From a virus (taxonomy: Duplodnaviria; Caudoviricetes): DNA of 25,205 nt. Each line of letters starts with the position of its first letter. Position 1 is the stretch's first letter. Where the stretch lies: IMG/VR virus record IMGVR_UViG_3300017912_002019, positions 1 through 25,205 of that record; one strand, given 5' to 3'. The position numbers and the translations under genes are program-made. Below, piece after piece: positions 16,997 to 25,203 of this stretch. The notes under the pieces are model-generated. The model did no database searches and was not told the DNA's origin. It worked only from the letters and a program-made list of their open reading frames with translations.

Positions 16997-17088
16997 AATG
17001 ATTGCTCAGAATCGATGCAGTGACCTTCGGCAAGGTCTTTGTCACTGTCCATATATCCACATCGTGGACATTCGTATATAACTATCAT
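16990..17088 (-). CDS. Unannotated 32-aa Cys/His (zinc-finger-like) microprotein
   Basis: MIVIYECPRCGYMDSDKDLAEGHCIDSEQSLW. ATGA overlap with the polymerase stop, its stop overlaps the resolvase ATG, and GAGGA lies upstream. Confidence 0.7.
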   Translation of the reverse strand: MIVIYECPRCGYMDSDKDLAEGHCIDSEQSLW

Positions 17089-18860
17089 TGTCCGTCCTCT
17101 GCGGGGACCCAATTGTCTACGTCTACTGCAAATCGAACATCAAACATAACGTCTCCCGTTATAGAGTTTACGTCTTCCATTGTTGTTCGTATTCTTTCTA
17201 TATATCGAGGTACCATTAGTTCCCGCACTTCAAATGTAATGGAGTCGTGAACTTGAAGCAACATGTGACAATCGTCTGACTCAAGCTCTTCCCAGCATCG
17301 AACCATGATGCGTTCGACAATGTCTGCTGCTCCGCCTTGAATTACGCTGTTCATTGCTTTGTAGGCTTGGTTGCGGTCTTCAAAGTGTCGGTATCTGCCT
17401 GACCATATTTTTATTTTTCCTGTTTGTTCGACACGTGCTGTGCATCGTTCGTTGAATCGACGGAAGTTAGGGTAGGTTTCAAAATAGTTTTCACGGATGT
17501 GTCGTGCTTCGTTACGGTCGACATTAAATGCGTCCATAATGCGTTGTTCTCCGGCACCATACTGCATGGAGTACACGAGTGTTTTGGTGTCGTGTCGGGA
17601 CATGCCTAATTGTTTTGACATTTCAGTAAAAATGTCTCGCCCTTCTGCAAAAATTTCCTGTAGCTCTGGCTCGTTGGCATAGGCTGTGGCAAGGCGTAAC
17701 TCTAGCTGTGAGAAGTCAGCGTTGATAAGTGCGTAACCTGGTTTGCCAATAAAGCATTCTTTGACTTTGCCGTTCCAAGGCTTGTCAGATGTTTTAGGTA
17801 TTTGTTGCAGGTTAGGCTCAGAGCAGCTTAAACGGCCCGTAGCGGTCCCGTGAGTCTTATACGAGCACCGAAGCCTGCCGTCGCTGTGTAAGAGCGTCAG
17901 ATACGGTTTATAGGCCGCTGTGACGGCTTTCTGCCAGCCTCGATACTCTTTAATTAAAGTTGCGACGGGCGAGTCCATTTTTTCCAGCATGTCGTCGTAT
18001 TTCGCCATTGCGATTTTGTCAAAACTGGGCGCTCCAGTGCGTTCGCTTTTCTTTACGACAGGTAGGCCAAGGTCATCGATTAACAACTTACGCATTTGTT
18101 TAGAACTTGCAGGGTTTATTCCAAGCTCTTCGACAATGCGAGCCATCTCAGCCTCGCCCTTTTCAACGTATTCACGTGCAAGGTCCTGGTCAATACGCAC
18201 ACCGTGTCGTTTCATCGACATCAGCACGCGAAACAAACGCTGCTTGTGTTGCCAAAAACCATCGGGCAATTCAAACCATTGCGGCATTTCACATAAAATT
18301 TTGTACAAACGCCACGTCAACTCAGCGTCGGTTATTGCATATTGCCAAATATCAGACCACGTTGTGTTCATCCAACCCGTCTTCTTTTCTTTTTCAAGAG
18401 CCAAATCTTTTACTTTGCCCACATTCTTATCAATGTAATGTTGAGCCAGCGAATCCAAACCTTTGTTAAACGGCTTGTTCTCGTCAATCAAATGAGCCAT
18501 CGTTGGAATGTCAACAAAATCAGTGTGTTCCGTGTAAATGTCAATTGTTTCCAAAGACAAAATGTCAAACTGTGCATTAACAAACACCAGCTTGCCCGCA
18601 TAGTTTTCCAACACGTCCTTTAACGCATTGCGATATGTGTCATCGAGGTTGTCGCCAACAAAATGACGGAACGGTAAATAGTAGCTGTAGCCCACACCAT
18701 TTATAACAGTTGCCAGCGACACGCCAATGCAATAGTCGTCGCCAGCTACTCGAAGCCCAGTTGCCTCAGTGTCTAGAGCTAAGGCACCATCGTGTTCTTT
18801 TAACCGGTCAAAAAACACGTGCAGTTCGTCTTGCAAATCATCAAATTTCAATGTCATCAT
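17085..18860 (-). CDS. polA: Family A DNA polymerase with 3'-5' exonuclease (no 5'-3' exonuclease domain)
   Basis: ExoI 'LDTEATG', ExoII 'NAQFD', ExoIII 'YAITDA'. 'TGRLSCSEPNLQQIP', motif A 'DFSQLELRL', motif B 'RHDTKTLVYSMQYG', motif C 'VHDS'. Start uncertain (18878, 18860, 18857 or 18851). Confidence 0.95.
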   Translation of the reverse strand: MMTLKFDDLQDELHVFFDRLKEHDGALALDTEATGLRVAGDDYCIGVSLATVINGVGYSYYLPFRHFVGDNLDDTYRNALKDVLENYAGKLVFVNAQFDILSLETIDIYTEHTDFVDIPTMAHLIDENKPFNKGLDSLAQHYIDKNVGKVKDLALEKEKKTGWMNTTWSDIWQYAITDAELTWRLYKILCEMPQWFELPDGFWQHKQRLFRVLMSMKRHGVRIDQDLAREYVEKGEAEMARIVEELGINPASSKQMRKLLIDDLGLPVVKKSERTGAPSFDKIAMAKYDDMLEKMDSPVATLIKEYRGWQKAVTAAYKPYLTLLHSDGRLRCSYKTHGTATGRLSCSEPNLQQIPKTSDKPWNGKVKECFIGKPGYALINADFSQLELRLATAYANEPELQEIFAEGRDIFTEMSKQLGMSRHDTKTLVYSMQYGAGEQRIMDAFNVDRNEARHIRENYFETYPNFRRFNERCTARVEQTGKIKIWSGRYRHFEDRNQAYKAMNSVIQGGAADIVERIMVRCWEELESDDCHMLLQVHDSITFEVRELMVPRYIERIRTTMEDVNSITGDVMFDVRFAVDVDNWVPAEDGQ

Positions 18861-20082
18861 CCTTTGCAAACTGCTCAAATATGCGACCCAAATCAGTTGT
18901 AAAACTTAGGTTGTCGGGGTTGCGCTCAATGTTAAAGGAATCAACAGGCGGACCCAGTCTGTTCTTCAGCGTGTCGAGTTGCAACAAATTATTCTCAATT
19001 GTTTTTAACGACAACACAAAGTCAGCGTCTGTCGTAATGTATGTCGAACCATAAACATCCGACAGCTCGACACCGCTTTTCTTTTGACTATCATTTGGTT
19101 TTTTGCGGTTGTGATGAATAACCAGCATGGCGCACGAGTATTTAGTGCGAATCGTCGACAGATAATGCACCAATGTTTTTACCGCTTGCTCATCAGTTAG
19201 TTCTTTTGAACTTATCTTCTGCAACGAGTCAATAATGACCACGTCAGGCATGTGTTCGTTCATCATTTGGTCAAGAAACACTTGACCTTCCTGCGTGTCC
19301 AAATGTATCGGCGTACCAAACGGCGCAACCATAAAGTTTTTGTTGAGCCCATTGCGGTCGTCATACCCGTTAATAATTGTCCCCATAAAATGATTTAATG
19401 GGGCAGCACCCATTTCGAGAGATAAAAACAAAACTTTCTTTGACCCGCCAGTATTTTTCCATTTGAGGAACTTGTCGTAGGCAAGGGCAAGGTGAGCGCC
19501 AATACCAATCGACAGCTGGGTTTTACCAGTGCCTGGATAGCCGGTGATGAGTCCAAACCCGCCTTGTGCGAGCAACCCGTCAAGTATCCAATCAATTTTA
19601 AATTCGGCGTCAACAAACTCTTGATACCCGTAGACAAGTTTTGATTCACCCATGATGGGCGCTGTTTGGTTAGCCGACTCAATCAGTTTAGTTAGGTCAA
19701 CATTGTCAAGCGTGTTGTAACCATGTTTTTGCCTGGCGCGGTTAATAAAATCGGTGATGCGACGGTCACGGTCATGGCGGTGTCGATACTTGCCCCACCT
19801 GTCGTCAGCGTCATACAACATGACAGCAATTTGCTCGTCTGACCAACCAAGCTCCGCCCCCATAAACGCCAGCTCCGACATGGCAGCTGACCGGTCTTTT
19901 TTAGGCGGACCTTGAAAATAAGATTGCTCGCGGTTGAACTTTTCTAATAAGTCAGATGTCCACTGTGCCAAACTCCGCACTTCGTCCAGCGTTGGCAGTT
20001 CGCCAATAACAAGCTCAGTGCTGACTATTTTCCTGGCAGATGGAATGTGAGCAAAGTCTTCAAGACTGTACTCGGTCTTCAC
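18841..20082 (-). CDS. RecA-fold / SF4-like (AAA_25-type) replicative helicase with N-terminal primase helical domain
   Basis: Walker A 'GYPGTGKT', 'LSLEM', Walker B 'VIIDSL', 'IHHNRK', 'VYGS', 'KNRLG'. N-terminal 'DRSAAMSELAFMGAELGWSDEQI'. GTG start with AAGGAG SD. Confidence 0.85.
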   Translation of the reverse strand: MKTEYSLEDFAHIPSARKIVSTELVIGELPTLDEVRSLAQWTSDLLEKFNREQSYFQGPPKKDRSAAMSELAFMGAELGWSDEQIAVMLYDADDRWGKYRHRHDRDRRITDFINRARQKHGYNTLDNVDLTKLIESANQTAPIMGESKLVYGYQEFVDAEFKIDWILDGLLAQGGFGLITGYPGTGKTQLSIGIGAHLALAYDKFLKWKNTGGSKKVLFLSLEMGAAPLNHFMGTIINGYDDRNGLNKNFMVAPFGTPIHLDTQEGQVFLDQMMNEHMPDVVIIDSLQKISSKELTDEQAVKTLVHYLSTIRTKYSCAMLVIHHNRKKPNDSQKKSGVELSDVYGSTYITTDADFVLSLKTIENNLLQLDTLKNRLGPPVDSFNIERNPDNLSFTTDLGRIFEQFAKDDDIEI

Positions 20083-20632
20083 GTTCCCACTCCTTCACCA
20101 TCACGGGCATATTGCGCTTGTGATTCGTGGTGCGAATGGGGCGAAGTATTTGGTCTGCGTCCCAGCCTGATGTATCCGCATGCATCAAATACGCAATTGC
20201 TCTGTTTCTATCTTCTAATGTTTCAATGTCGTCAAGAAAACTATTAAGTTTCCAATAACAATGTTCGTGTCCCTCTATAGACGACTGTACAATTAACGTT
20301 GGTCGTGGCACGTTCTCCTCATCCTCGGGCCATTCTTGTGGTGCGTTACCGTCGAAGTCTACCCACAAAACCCAACTACCCAGCACGTTTTCCTTAATGG
20401 GTTTTGCTGCTTTATACAATGCGGGAGAGTAGAAAACGTTGGCTTTAATTGCCGACCATTTCAACGTGTGCTTGACCACACCGTTGCGTTGACGAGGCCA
20501 AGCAAACATGTACGGTACCCACTTGCCTTCGTGTTCGACAGGTAGGTACACATACGTGGGCGATTCGGTGACCTCGTCGGGTCCCCAAATGTATTCGTAA
20601 AACTCTACAAGTTCTGCGACTGCGTCTTCCAT
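20060..20632 (-). CDS. RepB-like (AEP superfamily) DNA primase catalytic domain
   Basis: 'NVFYSP', 'LWVDFD', 'PTLIVQSS..GHEHCYW', 'D...D..QILRP..T.NHK'. Confidence 0.85.
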   Translation of the reverse strand: MEDAVAELVEFYEYIWGPDEVTESPTYVYLPVEHEGKWVPYMFAWPRQRNGVVKHTLKWSAIKANVFYSPALYKAAKPIKENVLGSWVLWVDFDGNAPQEWPEDEENVPRPTLIVQSSIEGHEHCYWKLNSFLDDIETLEDRNRAIAYLMHADTSGWDADQILRPIRTTNHKRNMPVMVKEWEREDRVQS

Positions 20633-20650
20633 GTCCGTCCTTTTTAGATT

Positions 20651-20684
20651 GTGGGCCGGGAGGAGAGAGGAACTCCCGGCCCAC
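20651..20684 (-). terminator. GC-rich hairpin after the SSB gene (U-less terminator or mRNA stabiliser)
   Basis: GTGGGCCGGGAG (20651-20662) / CTCCCGGCCCAC (20673-20684), a perfect 12-bp stem with 10-nt loop. No U tract on the minus strand. Confidence 0.6.
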
Positions 20685-20698
20685 TTCCCGCGAGCTAG

Positions 20699-21187
20699 TT
20701 AGGCGAAGGGGTTACTAGCCACTTTTGCGCGGGATTTCTTCTCGGCAGGCTGGGGTGCCGAAGAAGAGCTACCAACTTTTACATTTTTAATGTTCTGGAA
20801 CATTTTACCAGCGTTCTTGCCCTTACCAGCAGAGCTGTACAGCTGGAGTGTTCCACGGAGACCAATCAGGTCTTCACGGTCAGCGTCATTGACAGCGTCC
20901 CGCTCAATCCCGAGGTCCATTAGCCGGGCAACATAGTAGCCAAGCTTTGTGCGCTCCCTGTCGGTTACGTTTTCCGGGTCTTGAGGAAGCTCGAACAGTT
21001 CGGACTTCTTCTGACCAGTGTCACCAATGAGGTATTCAACGATGACCCAGGAGCGGTCAGGGTAAGTTTGGCTACCCTGCTTGACGTACACATCTCCGAC
21101 TTCAAATTCGTAGATGCCGTCCTCAAGCTCGTATGACGGAGCTTCAATATCAGATGTGTCAATGCCAAATTCTTCTAGCAATGCCAT
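20699..21187 (-). CDS. Putative single-stranded DNA-binding protein (DUF669-like)
   Basis: 162 aa, 'LEDGIYEFEV', 'EDLIG', 'FQNIKNV'. Follows the AAA ATPase in the usual nuclease-ATPase-SSB module. GAAAGGA SD. Confidence 0.7.
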   Translation of the reverse strand: MALLEEFGIDTSDIEAPSYELEDGIYEFEVGDVYVKQGSQTYPDRSWVIVEYLIGDTGQKKSELFELPQDPENVTDRERTKLGYYVARLMDLGIERDAVNDADREDLIGLRGTLQLYSSAGKGKNAGKMFQNIKNVKVGSSSSAPQPAEKKSRAKVASNPFA

Positions 21188-21212
21188 TTTATTATCCTTT
21201 CAATATTGTCAG

Positions 21213-22112
21213 TTATTCGCCTGCGTAAACGGGCTCGTCGTCTTCCACAAAATCTTCAGACACGGGCACGCCTTCGTCAGGCATTTCATCAGAGGCCAAA
21301 GTCTTGTCCTCTGCCACAACACCCTTCTTGTTATCGGACAGCCAGTCGGCAATCACGGCGATAAACTCGTCGGGTGAGGCAGCTAGTGGCAGCCCACCAA
21401 TGCGGCTCTTCGCGTCGACGAGAGCTGACGGGTGAGACTGTACGAGACGGTCATAGGTGACGTTTTTACCGACACCTTTAATCTCGTTGGTAACGTGAGC
21501 AGTGACGTGCATAAGTTTCTGCAAACCGTCATTGTTTTTAGGGCTGAACCCAGGCTTGATGACCTTTACCTTTCGGTGGTCAACAATTTCACGTTCGTGT
21601 GCCACGACGATGACATGCACGCCTGCAATGTTTTGGAACATTTCCAAAGCACGGCGGGATGCGTCACCTAGTGGCTTGTAAAGTCGGGCATCCAACTGTC
21701 CCGTTGGCAGTTCGTCAGGGGCAGCCCCAACGTCCTCGCGGAACAACGTGTCCAACAGCATGTCAGCGGCTGTCGAGTATTCATCAATAACGACAGCGCC
21801 CACTTTGTCAAAGCCCTTTTCTTTTGCGGCAATTGCGTTAGCAATAACAGCAAAGTCGGAGAAGTCGTTGTAGTTCATACGCACAACATCCTTCAACAGC
21901 TTCTGGTGGTTCTCCAACGACACCCATCCTTCTTTGGTGTCGACGTACAGCACCTTCTGCTTGGGCTTAATGATTTGCTTTGCAAGCGCGACGGACAGGA
22001 CAGTCTTACCGGTGCCTGGCTTGCCATATAGCATTGCCATCAGCGTCTTGTCGACAGACTGTGACCCAAGGTCAGTCATGCGCCCCATCAGTTCTTCAAG
22101 GCGATTACTCAT
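21213..22112 (-). CDS. AAA-family ATPase (AAA_24 / Sak4-like recombination ATPase)
   Basis: 'LYGKPGTGKT', 'VLYVDTKEG', 'VVIDEYS', 'VVAHE', 'AKSR' and an acidic tail. Confidence 0.85.
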   Translation of the reverse strand: MSNRLEELMGRMTDLGSQSVDKTLMAMLYGKPGTGKTVLSVALAKQIIKPKQKVLYVDTKEGWVSLENHQKLLKDVVRMNYNDFSDFAVIANAIAAKEKGFDKVGAVVIDEYSTAADMLLDTLFREDVGAAPDELPTGQLDARLYKPLGDASRRALEMFQNIAGVHVIVVAHEREIVDHRKVKVIKPGFSPKNNDGLQKLMHVTAHVTNEIKGVGKNVTYDRLVQSHPSALVDAKSRIGGLPLAASPDEFIAVIADWLSDNKKGVVAEDKTLASDEMPDEGVPVSEDFVEDDEPVYAGE

Positions 22113-23025
22113 TGTTTTCCTTCGTTACAGTGGCGAATGCTCGCCGTTCACGGATTTTATATTCAGTTTTTTTCATTAGTTCGACGTTGCCGCCAACTAA
22201 TTCTGTAGAACAAATGTCTCTAAACGAGCAGGACTGGCACACCATTTTGTTGGCTGTGCGATAAGCCCGCTTGTTTTGTTCCTCAATGTTCAATTCTTTA
22301 AGTGTTTGAATTTCAGCAGCAACACCCAACTGTTCCATAAACGTCTGCACGATGCGGTCATTGTTGGGTTTCAGCATCATAAAATAATTGTTTGCTTCAG
22401 CGGTTGGTGTTTTCAATTTGCGTGTGCGAAACATGTTGTATGCGCCATAGCCAATGTCATGTCCAAGTGCTCTCAAGGCTCCAATGTATTTCGGTATTTG
22501 CGGTTGCAGGTCAGTTTGTTCAGGCGTGTAGAAGTCATACACAAACTTGTGGTCGATGACAACGTAAGCCCCGTCGGGGTCTTGCACAATCATGTCAACG
22601 ACAAATGGATACGTTGCTTCAGTGTCTTCGTCGTACAACAAGTTAAATTCTTTTTCAACAGCCATAATTCGCCAACCTTTATTGATGAGAAATTCGTTGG
22701 CAAAATAACCGTATTCTTCGTGGAACAAGATGTCTTCCAAGCGAGCCCTGTTCGGCGCGTCTTCATACTCACCGCTTGACCCCAATTGTTCATATTTTTT
22801 GAAGGCCGCGTCGAGACCCGCTTGGAAGGCTTGCTTTTGGGCTTCTACAGTCTCGCCGTGGTCAAGCACGGTTTTGTAGAAGGTTTCCAGAATGGAGTGA
22901 CCTGCTGTGCCGGTTGCAAGAGAGGCACTGGTTTTAACACGTTCTAGGCTAAGGCCGTAGCCGTAGTAGTGTTTCCTCCGACACAGCAGGTAGCTGTCAA
23001 CTTCCGAGTGGCTTACGCTTGCCAT
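22105..23025 (-). CDS. Cas4/AddB-like PD-(D/E)XK exonuclease with probable 4Fe-4S cluster
   Basis: 'SHSEVDSYLLCRRKHYY', 'GTAGHSILE', 'VDMIV...VIDHKF', 'Q..KY' and C-terminal CxxC-x5-C (1+3 Cys). Start set to ATG 23025. Confidence 0.85.
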   Translation of the reverse strand: MASVSHSEVDSYLLCRRKHYYGYGLSLERVKTSASLATGTAGHSILETFYKTVLDHGETVEAQKQAFQAGLDAAFKKYEQLGSSGEYEDAPNRARLEDILFHEEYGYFANEFLINKGWRIMAVEKEFNLLYDEDTEATYPFVVDMIVQDPDGAYVVIDHKFVYDFYTPEQTDLQPQIPKYIGALRALGHDIGYGAYNMFRTRKLKTPTAEANNYFMMLKPNNDRIVQTFMEQLGVAAEIQTLKELNIEEQNKRAYRTANKMVCQSCSFRDICSTELVGGNVELMKKTEYKIRERRAFATVTKENNE

Positions 23026-23603
23026 TTGAACAAACGCTCCCAAAACTTTTTCTTTTCCAAATCGGACAGCAAGTTGACTTTGTCGGCGTAGCGACGGTAC
23101 AGCAAATAACTGTCAAGCGCATCGTAGAAAGCACGGTGTGCCGTTGGATAGTCACGCTGACCAAGCGACTCATAGCCAAGCTCGTCAAACAACATTCGCA
23201 ATGTGGACACGTCAAAGTGTCGATGCGACAGCTCAGTGTTAAGACGTGGCATGTGGGCTCGAATAAACCCACGGTCAAAATGCACACTGGCACCGGCAAG
23301 AACCAGCGGTTCCTGAGGATACCGAGCTTTTAACAATCGAACGTCGTCAAGTATTTCGTCCTCAACATCTTCAACCATCAACGTTTGACCCGTCAAAGCT
23401 TTCAACAGCCCGCTTTGTTCATGCATTTCACGCACAGGACTCTGTTGCATAAGCTCCCACGCTTCAGCGTTAGGCGTTACCAATCGTGACTGACCACGTG
23501 TGTGCCAAATACCACCACGGGTAAAGAACCAGCCTGCTTCAACAATGTAATCAGCGTCAGGGTCAAGGCCAGTTGTCTCAAAATCAATCCATAAAAACAT
23601 CAT
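23013..23603 (-). CDS. Oligoribonuclease-like DEDDh exonuclease
   Basis: 'LWIDFETTGLDP', 'VREMHEQSGLL', 'LAGASVHFDRGFI', 'HRHFDVSTL' and 'HRAFYDA' closely follow the Orn layout. Confidence 0.85.
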   Translation of the reverse strand: MMFLWIDFETTGLDPDADYIVEAGWFFTRGGIWHTRGQSRLVTPNAEAWELMQQSPVREMHEQSGLLKALTGQTLMVEDVEDEILDDVRLLKARYPQEPLVLAGASVHFDRGFIRAHMPRLNTELSHRHFDVSTLRMLFDELGYESLGQRDYPTAHRAFYDALDSYLLYRRYADKVNLLSDLEKKKFWERLFKWQA

Positions 23604-23629
23604 TCGTCCTATCTCTCAGTTGTTAGCGT

Positions 23630-23658
23630 AGCATACTATTCAGTGTCGACACCCGCAA
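23630..23658 (-). promoter_or_regulatory. Putative SigA-type promoter upstream of the Orn-like gene
   Basis: Minus strand TTGCGG - 17 bp - TATGCT, with the -10 in the only gap between the HNH and Orn-like genes. Confidence 0.4.
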
Positions 23659-24202
23659 CTAAATTACGGCGTGTCGCCCACCATTTTTCGTTCTCTTCCA
23701 TTTCCTCTTCGGTCGCTTGCGTGGTTCCGTCGTGGTCTTTGTACTCTTCAAGGGGTAAAAAAGGCTCATCAGCAGGTGGTCTTTCGCCGTAATACTTATT
23801 GTTTAAAGCATGCCATCTGTTGTGACACGTTGAACAAATACGATGCACATTGTTTGGCGCATTGTTAATCACGTTCTTGTCCGGACCATGATGCCGGTCA
23901 CCTTTATCAGGACCTTTCGTCGGTTGAATAATGTTGCCAGCACAACCAACAATTGGTTCGACACCACCACCAGCAAACTTAAGCCCCGCCCATTCACATT
24001 TCATGTCCTTAAAAATGGGATACATCATCGCCGCACGTTTACGTCCCGTCGACGTGATATCAGTGATATCACTTGGCTCAGCCATCGGACGACCCACGTC
24101 ACGCTTCTCAACCTCAATAATTCCGTAGTCGTCCTGATGCGGTTCATACAACGCCAGATTTATACCCAGCCACTCTTCATCGAACCTATCAATATCACTC
24201 AC
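23636..24202 (-). CDS. HNH endonuclease-like protein
   Basis: 'DRHHGPDKNVINNAPNNVHRICSTCHNRWH' matches HH...N...N...CxxCH...H. GTGA overlap with the helicase stop. Confidence 0.75.
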   Translation of the reverse strand: MSDIDRFDEEWLGINLALYEPHQDDYGIIEVEKRDVGRPMAEPSDITDITSTGRKRAAMMYPIFKDMKCEWAGLKFAGGGVEPIVGCAGNIIQPTKGPDKGDRHHGPDKNVINNAPNNVHRICSTCHNRWHALNNKYYGERPPADEPFLPLEEYKDHDGTTQATEEEMEENEKWWATRRNLVAGVDTE

Positions 24203-25203
24203 AAAATCTCACCACTTCTCATTGCTTCACTCAGCGAATCAGCTGTCATGTCATCGTCCATTTTATCGTTGAACTCAGACACCATCTGCTCCTTGCGATG
24301 AATCGTATTGCTCATCCACGTATCGATACTGGCAGGTATGCGATAAATGAACACGTCGTTCTCCATCTCTTGACCAATGCGGTCGGTCCTCGCGTACGCC
24401 TGGTCCCTCTTGCCTGGATTCCATTCCTCGTCGATAATGTGCGTTGCAGTTGCAGAGGTCAGATTCAAACCCGTCCCACCCGTCTTGTAATTGCATAAGA
24501 TGACGTCCCATCTTGGTTCTTCTCCCTTCGCAAGATAAAAATTATCTTTAATTTCTTGACGTAGCTTACGTGGTGTCGCACCAGTTAACAATGCGACACG
24601 CAAGCCCGCTTCTTCCAAACGTTCAGCAAACGCCTCCAACGCTGTACTGAACTGACTAAACACAACCTGCCGACGTCCCTCGGCATGCAGTGCAAGTATG
24701 TTCTCCATCGCCACATCAAACTTCACAGACTCTTGCATTTCCTGCCCGACAGAAAACACAACGTTACCCTCTTCATCCTTCAACTCAATACCAGCAGGCC
24801 ACACGTTCGCCTGTCGTTTACGAGTAATCAACGCAATCAAATGCATCACCGTCATATGCTCACCACTTTCCAACATAATCGCGGCATGCTCCGACAATTG
24901 GCGAATCACCTTGTATTGCTTTTTGTACTGGTCCTTATCCAAATCGACACGCACAATGTGTTTACGTTGTTTTGGCAACACAATGCCCGCATCATCCCGG
25001 TCACGAGCAATAAACCGACCAGCAATCAACGGCTTCAAATTGTCAAGCTGACCATCTCGAAACTCAATCTTGCCCGAGTGATAGTTTTGAATACAAAACG
25101 TCTCCACAAACCGAGTTTTCCTCGCAAACAACACCGGGTCACACAAATTAAGCAGCGAAAAAATATCTAAAGGACTATTCAAAATCGGTGTTCCTGTCGT
25201 AAA
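24199..25203 (-). CDS. SNF2-like SF2 helicase, C-terminal part (5' truncated by window edge)
   Basis: Frame stays open to the window end and reads 'FTTGTPILNSP' (motif III). Also 'VVFSQF', 'TGGTGLNLT' and 'WNPGKRDQAYARTDRIGQ'. Confidence 0.9.
   Translation of the reverse strand, partial: FTTGTPILNSPLDIFSLLNLCDPVLFARKTRFVETFCIQNYHSGKIEFRDGQLDNLKPLIAGRFIARDRDDAGIVLPKQRKHIVRVDLDKDQYKKQYKVIRQLSEHAAIMLESGEHMTVMHLIALITRKRQANVWPAGIELKDEEGNVVFSVGQEMQESVKFDVAMENILALHAEGRRQVVFSQFSTALEAFAERLEEAGLRVALLTGATPRKLRQEIKDNFYLAKGEEPRWDVILCNYKTGGTGLNLTSATATHIIDEEWNPGKRDQAYARTDRIGQEMENDVFIYRIPASIDTWMSNTIHRKEQMVSEFNDKMDDDMTADSLSEAMRSGEIL

Noticed and set aside
17002-17250. 82-aa plus-strand ORF covering the polymerase-resolvase gap, and other short ORFs nested in long genes
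   Set aside because: Opposite to local gene orientation or out of frame within well-supported genes, with no motifs; the gap is better explained by the coupled 32-aa minus-strand ORF.
17085-18860. DpoZ / modified-base (Z-genome) system
   Set aside because: No purZ, dATPase or other base-modification genes in this window; cannot be supported from the polymerase alone.
22105-23025. Cas4-like gene as evidence of a CRISPR system
   Set aside because: No repeat-spacer array or other cas genes; solo Cas4-like nucleases are standard in phage recombination modules.
24054-24072. Inverted/direct repeat GTGATATCA-G-TGATATCAC
   Set aside because: Inside the HNH coding sequence and explained by a DIT-DIT codon duplication containing a palindromic hexamer; no regulatory context.
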